From: a virus | Lineage: Duplodnaviria; Heunggongvirae; Uroviricota; Caudoviricetes | Virus record (IMG/VR): IMGVR_UViG_3300029611_000001 | Span: 89,067-137,831 of that record | Direction: 5' to 3' (one strand) | DNA length: 48,765 nucleotides | Part shown: positions 28,197-37,060 of the stretch, in pieces | Numbering within the stretch: position 1 is the stretch's first letter | How the letters are laid out: each line of letters begins with the position of its first letter | Program-made: the position numbers and the translations under genes | Notes under the pieces: model-generated | The model's input: only the letters and a program-made list of their open reading frames with translations | What the model was told of the DNA's origin: nothing | The model's database searches: none

Positions 28197-28871
28197 ATGA
28201 AAATCGTTGATTGTTATCTCCGGGCCTTACAGAAGGCTGAAGAAAACATGACCAACGGTGGTATAAAACTTGATAAGGCGCGTTTTGTTCAGCTTTTTAA
28301 TGATGAACAAAACCGCCTTGTTCGTTATATCCTTGATAAGAAAAACGAAGAGGATATACGTTATATCCAAAAGTTGGTCGTGTACTCAAAAGAACTTGAC
28401 AAAAAAGAAGATAAAGATAATCCTGAAAGCACTTTGTTTTCATTGCCTTCTGATTTCTTTTCTTTTTCAAACATATCAGGCGTATTTACCGAAGGTGAAT
28501 GCACGGTTACTGATTTTACTATGTGGGAGGCTAAGAACGAAAATCCGCATGAGCTTCTTGCTGACTTTTTTAACAAACCTGATTTTGATTTTAGGGAAAC
28601 GTTCTACACCATAGGCGAAGATTCGGTAAGAGTGTATAAGTCTGGTTTTGATGTAGACACCGTTTATCTTACGTATTACCGCTATCCGAAGGAAGTTGAC
28701 ATTGAAGGATATATTAAATCTGACGGTTCTAATTCAACCGATATAGATCCTGAATTAGATGACAAATTAATTGGTATTATCCTTAACATGATTGAAAAAC
28801 AATTTGCTTTGAATGAAAGCGAATACGGGCGTTATCAAATAGACTCAAACAACGTCCAATCTCCTTTATAG
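28197..28871 (+). CDS. putative head-tail ring/adaptor protein
   Basis: FNDEQ, FSLPSDF, LTYYRYPKEV pattern typical of adaptor/ring proteins. Confidence 0.55.
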   Translation: MKIVDCYLRALQKAEENMTNGGIKLDKARFVQLFNDEQNRLVRYILDKKNEEDIRYIQKLVVYSKELDKKEDKDNPESTLFSLPSDFFSFSNISGVFTEGECTVTDFTMWEAKNENPHELLADFFNKPDFDFRETFYTIGEDSVRVYKSGFDVDTVYLTYYRYPKEVDIEGYIKSDGSNSTDIDPELDDKLIGIILNMIEKQFALNESEYGRYQIDSNNVQSPL

Positions 28872-28904
28872 CAGAATAAAGGCACATCCTAAATTAAACA
28901 TTAT

Positions 28905-28944
28905 CAAAAAGCATTAAGAATTAATTAATTCCTAATGCTTTTTG
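28905..28944. terminator. hairpin terminator, followed by TATTTTTG promoter box at 28964
   Basis: CAAAAAGCATTA/TAATGCTTTTTG stem. Confidence 0.7.
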
Positions 28945-29013
28945 TTGCTTATATGACTATCGCTATTTTTGAGACAGATAACAGAATACTAATTTTTAAA
29001 ATATTATAAGGCT

Positions 29014-31002
29014 ATGGCTATCCATAAACCGTATGACAGACACATTATCTGTCCTCCGCACGCTAAGTTGGCGGACGTAGATTCTTTGTTGCTTCAAGAA
29101 GGTCAGATCGCTATCTATGATTTGGATGGTGAGCAGACTAAAGATGGTTTGAAAGCGCTGAAAGATTTGAAAGGATATCGTAAGGACGAACAACGTTTCC
29201 AGATCAGAATCGGACGTAATGAGATGGTGAACGACCGTGTATCTGATGATAAATCATTCTCTACACCTACGTTTGCTATTGACGAAATCATAGAAGTGTA
29301 TGCTTCTGCTCCGAAGAGCAAAGAAATTAAAGTAGATGAGGTTATTTTCGGTTATAACGGAATTGACGACAATACCGCTATTACAGCAAGAAAAGGCGAT
29401 CGTATTCCTATCCATATTAAGCTGACAGGACGTTTGTTCGAGCTTCGGGGTTATCCTATGGGCGAGGTGAATATCGATGATTACATCATTTTCGAAAACT
29501 GTCCAGGTCGTGAGGATATGTGTTCAGAATGTGATCCTTGTGAAGATGTTGATATTTTGGCTGCTATCTTGAAAACAATCGAACGTATCAAGAATCAGCC
29601 GATTGCAGGTGGTGGAAAGGTAGGTGATTTTGTAGAAATCCATCCTATCCATTCTTGTGATGAGTTGAAAAAAGCTCCGGTGGAAACCGACATGAATTTC
29701 TATTGCATGGAAATGTGTGATACCGGTGATGCTTATGCCCTGGCTCAGCTTAAGGCTGCTTATCCTGGTTTGGATATTAAGAGAGTAGGACGTCATCTTT
29801 CTACATCTAAATATCAGGTGATGAAAGAAGGTGGTAAGCCTTCTGATTATACTCAAAAGCTGTCTTCTATCATGAAAGGCTGCGAAGAGTGCCCTGATGG
29901 ATATACTAAGGTAGACGGCGGTTTGATTTATGCCGTAACGTTAGAGGATGATGGGGTTGATCAGTCTACTGTAGTAGAAAGCATTAAGAATGCCGTTAGT
30001 AGCACTGCCGAGAAAACAGCAGCCCAAGATGGCGGCGTAGGTATGTACACTGTGGCCGTAAGCAAGAAACTGACGAAGGCTGATATCGATGCATTTGTAG
30101 AAACTAATCCGACTGCCACAGTAACGTTCGTTGCTAAAACAGCAGATATGTGTAGCAATCCTACTGTTACTACCGTTAGCTGGGAAGCATGTGGTTCTTG
30201 TAAGATTTCGAAAGAAGCTTATGAAATCACGTTGCCGGATGATGAATGTGGTAACAGTGCTAAAGAAGAATTGCAGGCAGCATTCCCGTATCTGACAATC
30301 GAAGATTACGGTACACCTGGTGGATGTCAACACAAATTCAAAACAACGGTCGTTACTAACATGGTTTGCGACGAATGCGATAAAATTTTCAAAGACTTCT
30401 TCGTATCTAAAGCTCCCGAATCTTATCGTGGACGTAACTGGAAACGTTTGGGTGCCGTAGCAGGAGATCAGTCCATTATCGCCGATCCGATTCCTAAGAA
30501 CTGCAAATGCGGTATCTTGTTCCGTGGTATTGACTACATGATTTCTCCGTCCGACTGTTTGATTGACCGTCTGACATTCCAAGAAGGATCTGTTCGTATT
30601 GCTGTAAATGGCGGTTATCCGGATGAACAGCGCGAGGCTATCAGCACGTACTTCAACCCGATCCATACCGAATACAAACAGCACTGGGCTCCGCGTACTC
30701 ACCTCGGCGCTGAATTGCTGGATAAGGAACGCGAACAACGTATGTTCTTCGACTTCCGTAAGACTCACCAAGAACTTATGGAACGGATGTTTACCAACGA
30801 AGAAACCCGCTTAGACCTGTTGGCTCCGTATGCTGATTATTCAGTAACGTTGAAGCCGGCACGTTACTCTAACGGCTTCGGTAGGGTAATTGATGATCAT
30901 ATTACAGTACACTTCCATGTACCGTATGGCGCTCACGAAGGTATTCAAGACCTTATGGACTTGTTAGCTGCTTCGGCAAATATCAAGCCCTGCAAGATTT
31001 GA
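29014..31002 (+). CDS. Cys-rich, probably abundant virion structural protein
   Basis: 662 aa, 21 Cys, MCP-like codon bias, own promoter box and terminator. Confidence 0.65.
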   Translation: MAIHKPYDRHIICPPHAKLADVDSLLLQEGQIAIYDLDGEQTKDGLKALKDLKGYRKDEQRFQIRIGRNEMVNDRVSDDKSFSTPTFAIDEIIEVYASAPKSKEIKVDEVIFGYNGIDDNTAITARKGDRIPIHIKLTGRLFELRGYPMGEVNIDDYIIFENCPGREDMCSECDPCEDVDILAAILKTIERIKNQPIAGGGKVGDFVEIHPIHSCDELKKAPVETDMNFYCMEMCDTGDAYALAQLKAAYPGLDIKRVGRHLSTSKYQVMKEGGKPSDYTQKLSSIMKGCEECPDGYTKVDGGLIYAVTLEDDGVDQSTVVESIKNAVSSTAEKTAAQDGGVGMYTVAVSKKLTKADIDAFVETNPTATVTFVAKTADMCSNPTVTTVSWEACGSCKISKEAYEITLPDDECGNSAKEELQAAFPYLTIEDYGTPGGCQHKFKTTVVTNMVCDECDKIFKDFFVSKAPESYRGRNWKRLGAVAGDQSIIADPIPKNCKCGILFRGIDYMISPSDCLIDRLTFQEGSVRIAVNGGYPDEQREAISTYFNPIHTEYKQHWAPRTHLGAELLDKEREQRMFFDFRKTHQELMERMFTNEETRLDLLAPYADYSVTLKPARYSNGFGRVIDDHITVHFHVPYGAHEGIQDLMDLLAASANIKPCKI

Positions 31003-31025
31003 TTTTCCTTTTTTCTATATATCCC

Positions 31026-31060
31026 AAGGGGGAGGAGGCTGGTCCTCCACCCCCTTTTTT
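31026..31060 (+). terminator. intrinsic terminator
   Basis: AAGGGGGAGGAGG-CTGG-TCCTCCACCCCCTTTTTT. Confidence 0.85.
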
Positions 31061-31093
31061 GTAATAAAACAATTTGAAATAGATCGATTTCAT

Positions 31094-32836
31094 ATGAATG
31101 GCGTGGATTCTTTAGTCGGTGCCTTAGGTAGGGGCATTGACAAAATAACCAACATAGTTGGAAAATGGGGTTCCTCCCAACCGGTAGATGACAGCAAATC
31201 CGGTATAAAAATAGGGGACAAAATCTACCAAGTGGTTGTGTCCTTAAATGGCTGTTATTGGTATCTTGACGAAGAAGGTAAGAAGCATCCTGTTTCTGGT
31301 ATTCCGGCCACAACCGAATGGGAGTGGATTAACATAGCTGAGAAAGTTATCAAAGATTTCAAAACCTGTTACCGTACACCTGGTGGAAAGGTCGAAGTAT
31401 GGAGTTGGTATCTTCTTAACGATCAGATGGATGTTCTTAAAGAAACCCATAGAATTACCGACAGTACCGACATGGATAATCCGGTAGGTAAAGTTCTTAC
31501 TAAAATACCGGACGAGTGGGTTATGATCGACTGCGATCTTCCTGATATGACAGAACGCGACATTACGTTCGTCAACAGATGTTATAAGACTCCGGATGGT
31601 AAGGTTGAAATAGAAGGATTGGAGGCCATAGATGATAAGATAAATATCAGGGAATCTATTTATACCGTTATTCAATCGACGGACGATAATTTCCCTGCCG
31701 GCCATGTTTTTAAACTAATTCCAGAGAATTGGGTTCGAATGGTTTGTGACTTTCCTGACATGACAGAACGAGACGTAACTTACGTTCTTGAATGTTACAC
31801 TACTAAAAAAGGAAAAGTGCAAGTAGAAGGTTTGGTAGCCATAGATAATATTCTTGGGACCAGGGAAGAGGTTTATACCGTCCTTCAGTCTACTGATCCT
31901 GATATTAAGGTAGGGGCCGTGCTGGATTCCATTCCCGAAGATTGGGTGAGGATGGTATGTGATTTTCCTGACATGACGGACCGGGAAATTGTTGAAGTAG
32001 ACGAATGCTACAAGACGGATGGTGGTAAGGTCAATATAAAAGGTTATCAAGCTATTGATGCCGTTCTTGGTGTAAGGGAACAGTATTATTATATTGTTAA
32101 GACAACAGATGATGCTTATCCTCAGTGGACGAGAATAGATAAGATACCTAACGAATGGACGAAAACCGAATGCGACTTCCCTGATCTTACGGAAAGACAT
32201 ATTATGTCCGTAGATGAATGTTACACTACTCCTGGTGGCAAAATACATCTTGGTGGATACAGGTCGGTAGATAGCATAATAGGTGTCCGGGACGAGTATC
32301 TTATTGTTTTAGAAACTACCGACCCTGATATACAAAGAGGCGCCACATTCAGCAAAATACAAGAAGGATGGCAGCGTATTGTTTGTGATTTCCCTGATGC
32401 TACTACATCTGACACAGAAATAGTAGAAAACTGTTATAAGACGGAAAAAGGCAAGGTTCAGATCCGGACATATATAACAATGGACGGATACGGAAATACA
32501 AGGGAATTGAGACATATGGTGCTTAAAACAACCGATCCTGATTACAATATCGGATCCAATATCGATCAGATACCGGTAGGTTGGTTAAGTATAGAGTGCG
32601 ATTTTGCGTCTGCTACACAGCGTCATATAAGGCAGGTGAAAAACTGCTACGTTTCTGATGCAGGGAGCATTTACATTGAGGGAGAAATCGTTTACGACAA
32701 TGACCTTGACGTAGATAAGATGGCGCTGACGGTCATGGAAAGCACTGACCCGGCGATCGCCGTAGGGACGGAGCTGGCTGCCATTCCCTCTGGATACGTG
32801 AGAACAGTTTGTAGATGTAATTGTTGCAACCACTAA
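31094..32836 (+). CDS. tandem-repeat protein, 7 x 71-aa domains
   Basis: Repeat CYxTxxGKV...(S/T)TD...IPxxW....CDFPD. Confidence 0.85.
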   Translation: MNGVDSLVGALGRGIDKITNIVGKWGSSQPVDDSKSGIKIGDKIYQVVVSLNGCYWYLDEEGKKHPVSGIPATTEWEWINIAEKVIKDFKTCYRTPGGKVEVWSWYLLNDQMDVLKETHRITDSTDMDNPVGKVLTKIPDEWVMIDCDLPDMTERDITFVNRCYKTPDGKVEIEGLEAIDDKINIRESIYTVIQSTDDNFPAGHVFKLIPENWVRMVCDFPDMTERDVTYVLECYTTKKGKVQVEGLVAIDNILGTREEVYTVLQSTDPDIKVGAVLDSIPEDWVRMVCDFPDMTDREIVEVDECYKTDGGKVNIKGYQAIDAVLGVREQYYYIVKTTDDAYPQWTRIDKIPNEWTKTECDFPDLTERHIMSVDECYTTPGGKIHLGGYRSVDSIIGVRDEYLIVLETTDPDIQRGATFSKIQEGWQRIVCDFPDATTSDTEIVENCYKTEKGKVQIRTYITMDGYGNTRELRHMVLKTTDPDYNIGSNIDQIPVGWLSIECDFASATQRHIRQVKNCYVSDAGSIYIEGEIVYDNDLDVDKMALTVMESTDPAIAVGTELAAIPSGYVRTVCRCNCCNH

Positions 32837-32847
32837 ATTTTATTGTC

Positions 32848-33132
32848 ATGAGCTGTAACGAATATTTTTTAGTAACACTGGAGTCTAAATCGACTCCAGT
32901 TCGTCATAAATACACGAATTTAACAGACGAATGGTATGGCCCTGATGGCGTTAAGTACGAAGATCCTGATACGATAGCCAAAATCGAAGAACAAGCTACA
33001 GATAAGAATCGTATAGGAGATAACACTTTATATCAGAAACTTATTGAAATACATTCTCAAGGAGAGTCAATAAAATCGGACATCGGAGACATAGGTCAGG
33101 TATTAGATTACATAAATGGGGAGGAAGTGTAA
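32848..33132 (+). CDS. small putative adaptor protein
   Basis: Ends IGDIGQVLDYINGEEV, TAATG overlap with next gene. Confidence 0.7.
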   Translation: MSCNEYFLVTLESKSTPVRHKYTNLTDEWYGPDGVKYEDPDTIAKIEEQATDKNRIGDNTLYQKLIEIHSQGESIKSDIGDIGQVLDYINGEEV

Positions 33133-34883
33133 TGGGAACCATATCAGATAAGTTAATGAGGATCATAAATACCAAAGAGGACATAAGGCAAGCCCTTATA
33201 TCCAAAGGGTATGATGTACCTACTTCCATACCTTTTAAAGAGTATGCGAAAATGATATTAGATTTACCATGTAGAGTGGATTCTTTTCCTGATATAGAAG
33301 GAATTGTAGCTCGTTATTCAGCATTAGGTCTCACTAATGAACAAATGGCAGAGAACCCTATATGGAAAGACCTTACAGGTAATGGGCATGATTTACAGAT
33401 GAAGAATTTCGCTTGGAAGGGAATGTCCGGGGTAGGTGGATATACCGAGAACTATGATAGCAATAAATGGTATAAGGAAGCATCAAGAATTGATGCTACT
33501 TGGACTTATAAGTCTTTTAATGTAAAATCAATAAAGGTCAATAGATACGCTCAATTATTTTATCGATCACAATCAAGTAATACTGGATTTAGGGTTTTAT
33601 CATGTACTATCAAAGTTTCTGGTTTAACAGACGGACAAGGAATTGAATATACTTCGAATGGGACACGACCAACTGTTATAATGAGAATTGAAAATGATGG
33701 TATATATCATCTACCAAGTTTTGATTTTGGAGCTAAAAATGCTTATTACGGATTCAGGTTCTTAAAATTACAGGAATCATGCAACATCACCATCGAACAA
33801 CTTCCCCTCTACCCCGGTGCACTCGTCTTTGACGGAGTAGACGATTGGGCGGGATGTGACAACTTGCCATTATTGCCTAAAGAAAAAGGATATACGGTTG
33901 TGGCGTTGAGACAGTGGGATCAGGATTTCTTGAATACAACTTTGACAGGAGGACTGTTGTCAACTAGGAATTATTCCACAGGAGAAGGTGTAGCATTTGA
34001 AAAAATAGAATCCTCAAATAAGGGTTATTGGAATTTAGGTGCTGGAGGTATCATAGATTTTGCAAAATCACCATTTACATGGCAAACATCAAAACAATAT
34101 AATAATGTTGGTATTTTAAAAGGTGACAAAAATCATGGAAAACCATTATGTGTAGGATGTGGATTGTCTGGAGGCCAACAGTGTGGTAGATTTGCTATCT
34201 GGGAACTTGTATTTCTCGACCACGACGCCACCGAAGAAGAACTGACCAAGATCAAAGACTACTTTGTTAAAACCTATCCTTGGCTCTTCCCCGACCAGGC
34301 ATGGACTGTCACCGGCAAAACCAACGAGGACGAAGATCGTGCTACTATTGCCAACATTACGGGCAATGGTAATGATCTTGTCTGTCTAAATTTGGGTTTT
34401 ATTGAAGGGAGCGGGTACAATGAAGAAGGTGAATATGCTGGCTATCTGGTTACTGATGGGGTGGATGATAAGATAACTTCGTCTACATTTGAAATGGGTA
34501 ATGATTGGACTGTAATAGGAGATTGGGAGCTTATAAATACAGGGAAAGGGGACAATGCTGGTATTGTAAAATTTGATAGTATAGTCATTTATAATTATAA
34601 TCCAGTACTTATTAACATAAAAAATGGTAGAAATAATTTGATTCCCGGTCAAAATACCGTTAATGCAATTTGTTCTGATGGCAGGATTTATTCAAAAGAC
34701 TGGAAAGAATTTATTTATAATGAAGAAACGGAATCTACCAGTAAAAATCTCTTAACTATAGGATATTCAGGTAGCAGTTATACTAAAATTGCTTTCAAAA
34801 ACTTAGCGATTTATCCTACAGTCCTTTCCGAGGAAGATTGTATAAAAGCGTATAATTATTTACAAACATTAAAAGCAAAATGA
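33132..34883 (+). CDS. virion surface/fibre protein with two LamG/ConA-like lectin domains
   Basis: Helical N-anchor (TKEDIRQALISKG); DLTGNGHD...LVFDGVDD and NITGNGND...LVTDGVDD. Confidence 0.65.
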   Translation: MGTISDKLMRIINTKEDIRQALISKGYDVPTSIPFKEYAKMILDLPCRVDSFPDIEGIVARYSALGLTNEQMAENPIWKDLTGNGHDLQMKNFAWKGMSGVGGYTENYDSNKWYKEASRIDATWTYKSFNVKSIKVNRYAQLFYRSQSSNTGFRVLSCTIKVSGLTDGQGIEYTSNGTRPTVIMRIENDGIYHLPSFDFGAKNAYYGFRFLKLQESCNITIEQLPLYPGALVFDGVDDWAGCDNLPLLPKEKGYTVVALRQWDQDFLNTTLTGGLLSTRNYSTGEGVAFEKIESSNKGYWNLGAGGIIDFAKSPFTWQTSKQYNNVGILKGDKNHGKPLCVGCGLSGGQQCGRFAIWELVFLDHDATEEELTKIKDYFVKTYPWLFPDQAWTVTGKTNEDEDRATIANITGNGNDLVCLNLGFIEGSGYNEEGEYAGYLVTDGVDDKITSSTFEMGNDWTVIGDWELINTGKGDNAGIVKFDSIVIYNYNPVLINIKNGRNNLIPGQNTVNAICSDGRIYSKDWKEFIYNEETESTSKNLLTIGYSGSSYTKIAFKNLAIYPTVLSEEDCIKAYNYLQTLKAK

Positions 34884-34884
34884 C

Positions 34885-35544
34885 ATGAAATACGCAATTG
34901 TAAACATCGTATGGGCAAAGTCCCACGGAATAGAAGTCCTGCCGGAAATGAGGATAAGTACGGATCAAAGCAAGGTAATCTTGCATGAGGAATACCTTGC
35001 ACCCTTCGATGATGAAGATTTTCCTCGCTATAGTTTTAGCGATCCGTCTTTTGTCGAACTACTGAATAGTGAAGAATGGACTTATCCAGAAGGAGAACAA
35101 CCCGTAATCAATAGGCAGTTCAGCAGATTATTGGCTTTGGACGAACTGGATAAAGAAGCTACAGAAGAGATAAATACATATGACCTTTCCCCGTCGGAAG
35201 CCTTACAGGTCAAAGATCGATACCCCGAATGGGGAACCGGAATAAACGTCAAAACCGGTGAACGATACCGAGTTGAAGATGTCCTTTGGGAATGTGTTAA
35301 AGACCATCTCACACAAGAGAACTGGAAGCCTAGCACAGCTACCCTAAGCCTGTGGAAAATAGTAGACGCAGAAGAACATTCCGGCACGATAGAAGATCCT
35401 ATTCCATATAAGCAAAATATGGCACTTGAATTTAACAAGTACTACACGCAGGACGGAGTATTGTACCTCTGCATACAGACTATGACACCGGGACCGTACG
35501 ATTTAAAGGATGTGCCGGCGCATGCGCAGCCGATAAAGCAATAA
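34885..35544 (+). CDS. protein with CBM5/12-like carbohydrate-binding domains
   Basis: W...GERYRVEDVLWECVKDH...WKPS...LWK and YYTQDGVLYLC. Confidence 0.65.
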   Translation: MKYAIVNIVWAKSHGIEVLPEMRISTDQSKVILHEEYLAPFDDEDFPRYSFSDPSFVELLNSEEWTYPEGEQPVINRQFSRLLALDELDKEATEEINTYDLSPSEALQVKDRYPEWGTGINVKTGERYRVEDVLWECVKDHLTQENWKPSTATLSLWKIVDAEEHSGTIEDPIPYKQNMALEFNKYYTQDGVLYLCIQTMTPGPYDLKDVPAHAQPIKQ

Positions 35545-35570
35545 TGGGGTTTAAATAACTCATAGATCGA

Positions 35571-35680
35571 TTTGGCTATTCCGTGCAATTTGGCTATGTT
35601 TGTAACAGTATAACAAAAGATTTAGAGCCTAAGAGCCATACCCGGCAAGAGTCATATCCTGCGGGGTATGGCTCTTTTTG
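35571..35680 (+). ncRNA. promoter + AGAGCC-TA-AGAGCC leader/terminator element, copy 1
   Basis: TTTG-N20-TATGTTTG; AAGAGCCATACCC/GGGTATGGCTCTT stem then T-run. Confidence 0.65.
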
Positions 35681-35702
35681 TTTAATTTAAAATGAAAAAG
35701 AG

Positions 35703-36395
35703 ATGAAGACAAATCAGGAGATGGTACGCTACATTGATAATTTTTCAGTGATTCAACGAACAAGTGATGGATATTTTGACGGAGGCGAATTACTTCGTCA
35801 ATGGAATAATGTAGATGAAAATCCAAGAAGACGTATGTCCGAATTTATAGATAGCCCTAAAACGAAAGAGTTTTTAAAGGCCCTATCTGTGGATGAAAGC
35901 CATAGGTTAAAAACCGACATTGGTGAAAATCAATTGCTTATAAAGACAAAAGGGAGAAACACTAAAGATGGCAAAACTCCTGATAAAGTTTGGATGAATC
36001 CTCTCTTGTTCATCAAGTTTGCCATGTGGATCAATCCAACATTTGAGGTGAAAGTACTACGTTTTGTTTATGACGAGATGATCCGATATCGTAATGACGC
36101 GGGAGATGCATACAAAGAACTTTCGTCCGCTGTTATGAAAATTGTCCCAAGCCATTTCATGCCGAAAGCAATGCAAAAAATAGGAGAGGCGTTAAACTGG
36201 ATCATTTTTAACTCCCACGAAAAGATGTTACGGAATAAGCATGGAGATGAAGCAAGGTTGCGTGAGTTATGGCAATTAGAAAAGAAAATTGCTGGCTTGA
36301 TAGAAGAAGGATTTATATCAACCTATGAACAGTTGATATCATATCTAAGAAAGCTGTATCGTAAAAACTGGGAGCCAAAAGTACTAACGGTATAA
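35703..36395 (+). CDS. KilA-N domain DNA-binding protein
   Basis: IQRTSDGYFDG...TKEFLKAL...WMNPLLFIKFAMWINPTFEVKV. Confidence 0.9.
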   Translation: MKTNQEMVRYIDNFSVIQRTSDGYFDGGELLRQWNNVDENPRRRMSEFIDSPKTKEFLKALSVDESHRLKTDIGENQLLIKTKGRNTKDGKTPDKVWMNPLLFIKFAMWINPTFEVKVLRFVYDEMIRYRNDAGDAYKELSSAVMKIVPSHFMPKAMQKIGEALNWIIFNSHEKMLRNKHGDEARLRELWQLEKKIAGLIEEGFISTYEQLISYLRKLYRKNWEPKVLTV

Positions 36396-36475
36396 AACAT
36401 TTTTTGATAAGTCTTCATATAGATCATGCTGGTCTGTGAAGATAGGCATGAATATTTTTTAACTTGAATTTTGAT

Positions 36476-37060
36476 ATGGCAAAGTTATACACGAAATGCG
36501 ATGAGATACCTCTCTGTAGGTTCATAGAGGCATACAATGGGAACTTGAAAGCGTTGATAATTTCCGGGAGGTCTTCGGACAAAGAGTTGCGTTTGATTTT
36601 CAGTAGAATCATGGATGAATATAACCAAATTATAGAAAATAAAAATCTACAATTCGCAGTTTCTAAACGTTCTTTGATCATAAATTATTATACTAAAATA
36701 TCCATTATATCAGCTATATTAAATTTTATAAAACTAGGTGAAATAGATAAGATCTCCGATTTGCTCACTATTGTTGACATAAAAAATGTGAATATTGAAA
36801 CAGTTGCGGATGCGGAGAAATTGATAAATAAAATAGAATCCTCATTGGCTTATATTCGGTTAAGATTGAAAATGACTCAAGAGCAGCTTGATAGTACCAG
36901 TCAAATCAATAGAAAAGTAGATTTTACTAAAGAGCGAATGATTTTATCGGCTCATTTCAAAATGCGGATAGATGACAAGACATATACTGCGTCAGAATAT
37001 GCAAACCTTATTAGATTAATGTTGAACGAAATAGAGGAGGTTAAAAAATATGGCAAATGA
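36476..37060 (+). CDS. putative tail assembly chaperone
   Basis: Helical ORF overlapping the tape measure gene start. Confidence 0.45.
   Translation: MAKLYTKCDEIPLCRFIEAYNGNLKALIISGRSSDKELRLIFSRIMDEYNQIIENKNLQFAVSKRSLIINYYTKISIISAILNFIKLGEIDKISDLLTIVDIKNVNIETVADAEKLINKIESSLAYIRLRLKMTQEQLDSTSQINRKVDFTKERMILSAHFKMRIDDKTYTASEYANLIRLMLNEIEEVKKYGK

Noticed and set aside
25614..30771. Long antisense ORFs (25614-26513, 29941-30771) and similar shadows elsewhere
   Set aside because: Mirror frames of codon-biased genes with no protein-like motifs
31094..35544. DGR or shufflon acting on the surface cassette
   Set aside because: No reverse transcriptase, TR/VR pair, recombinase or inverted cassettes seen
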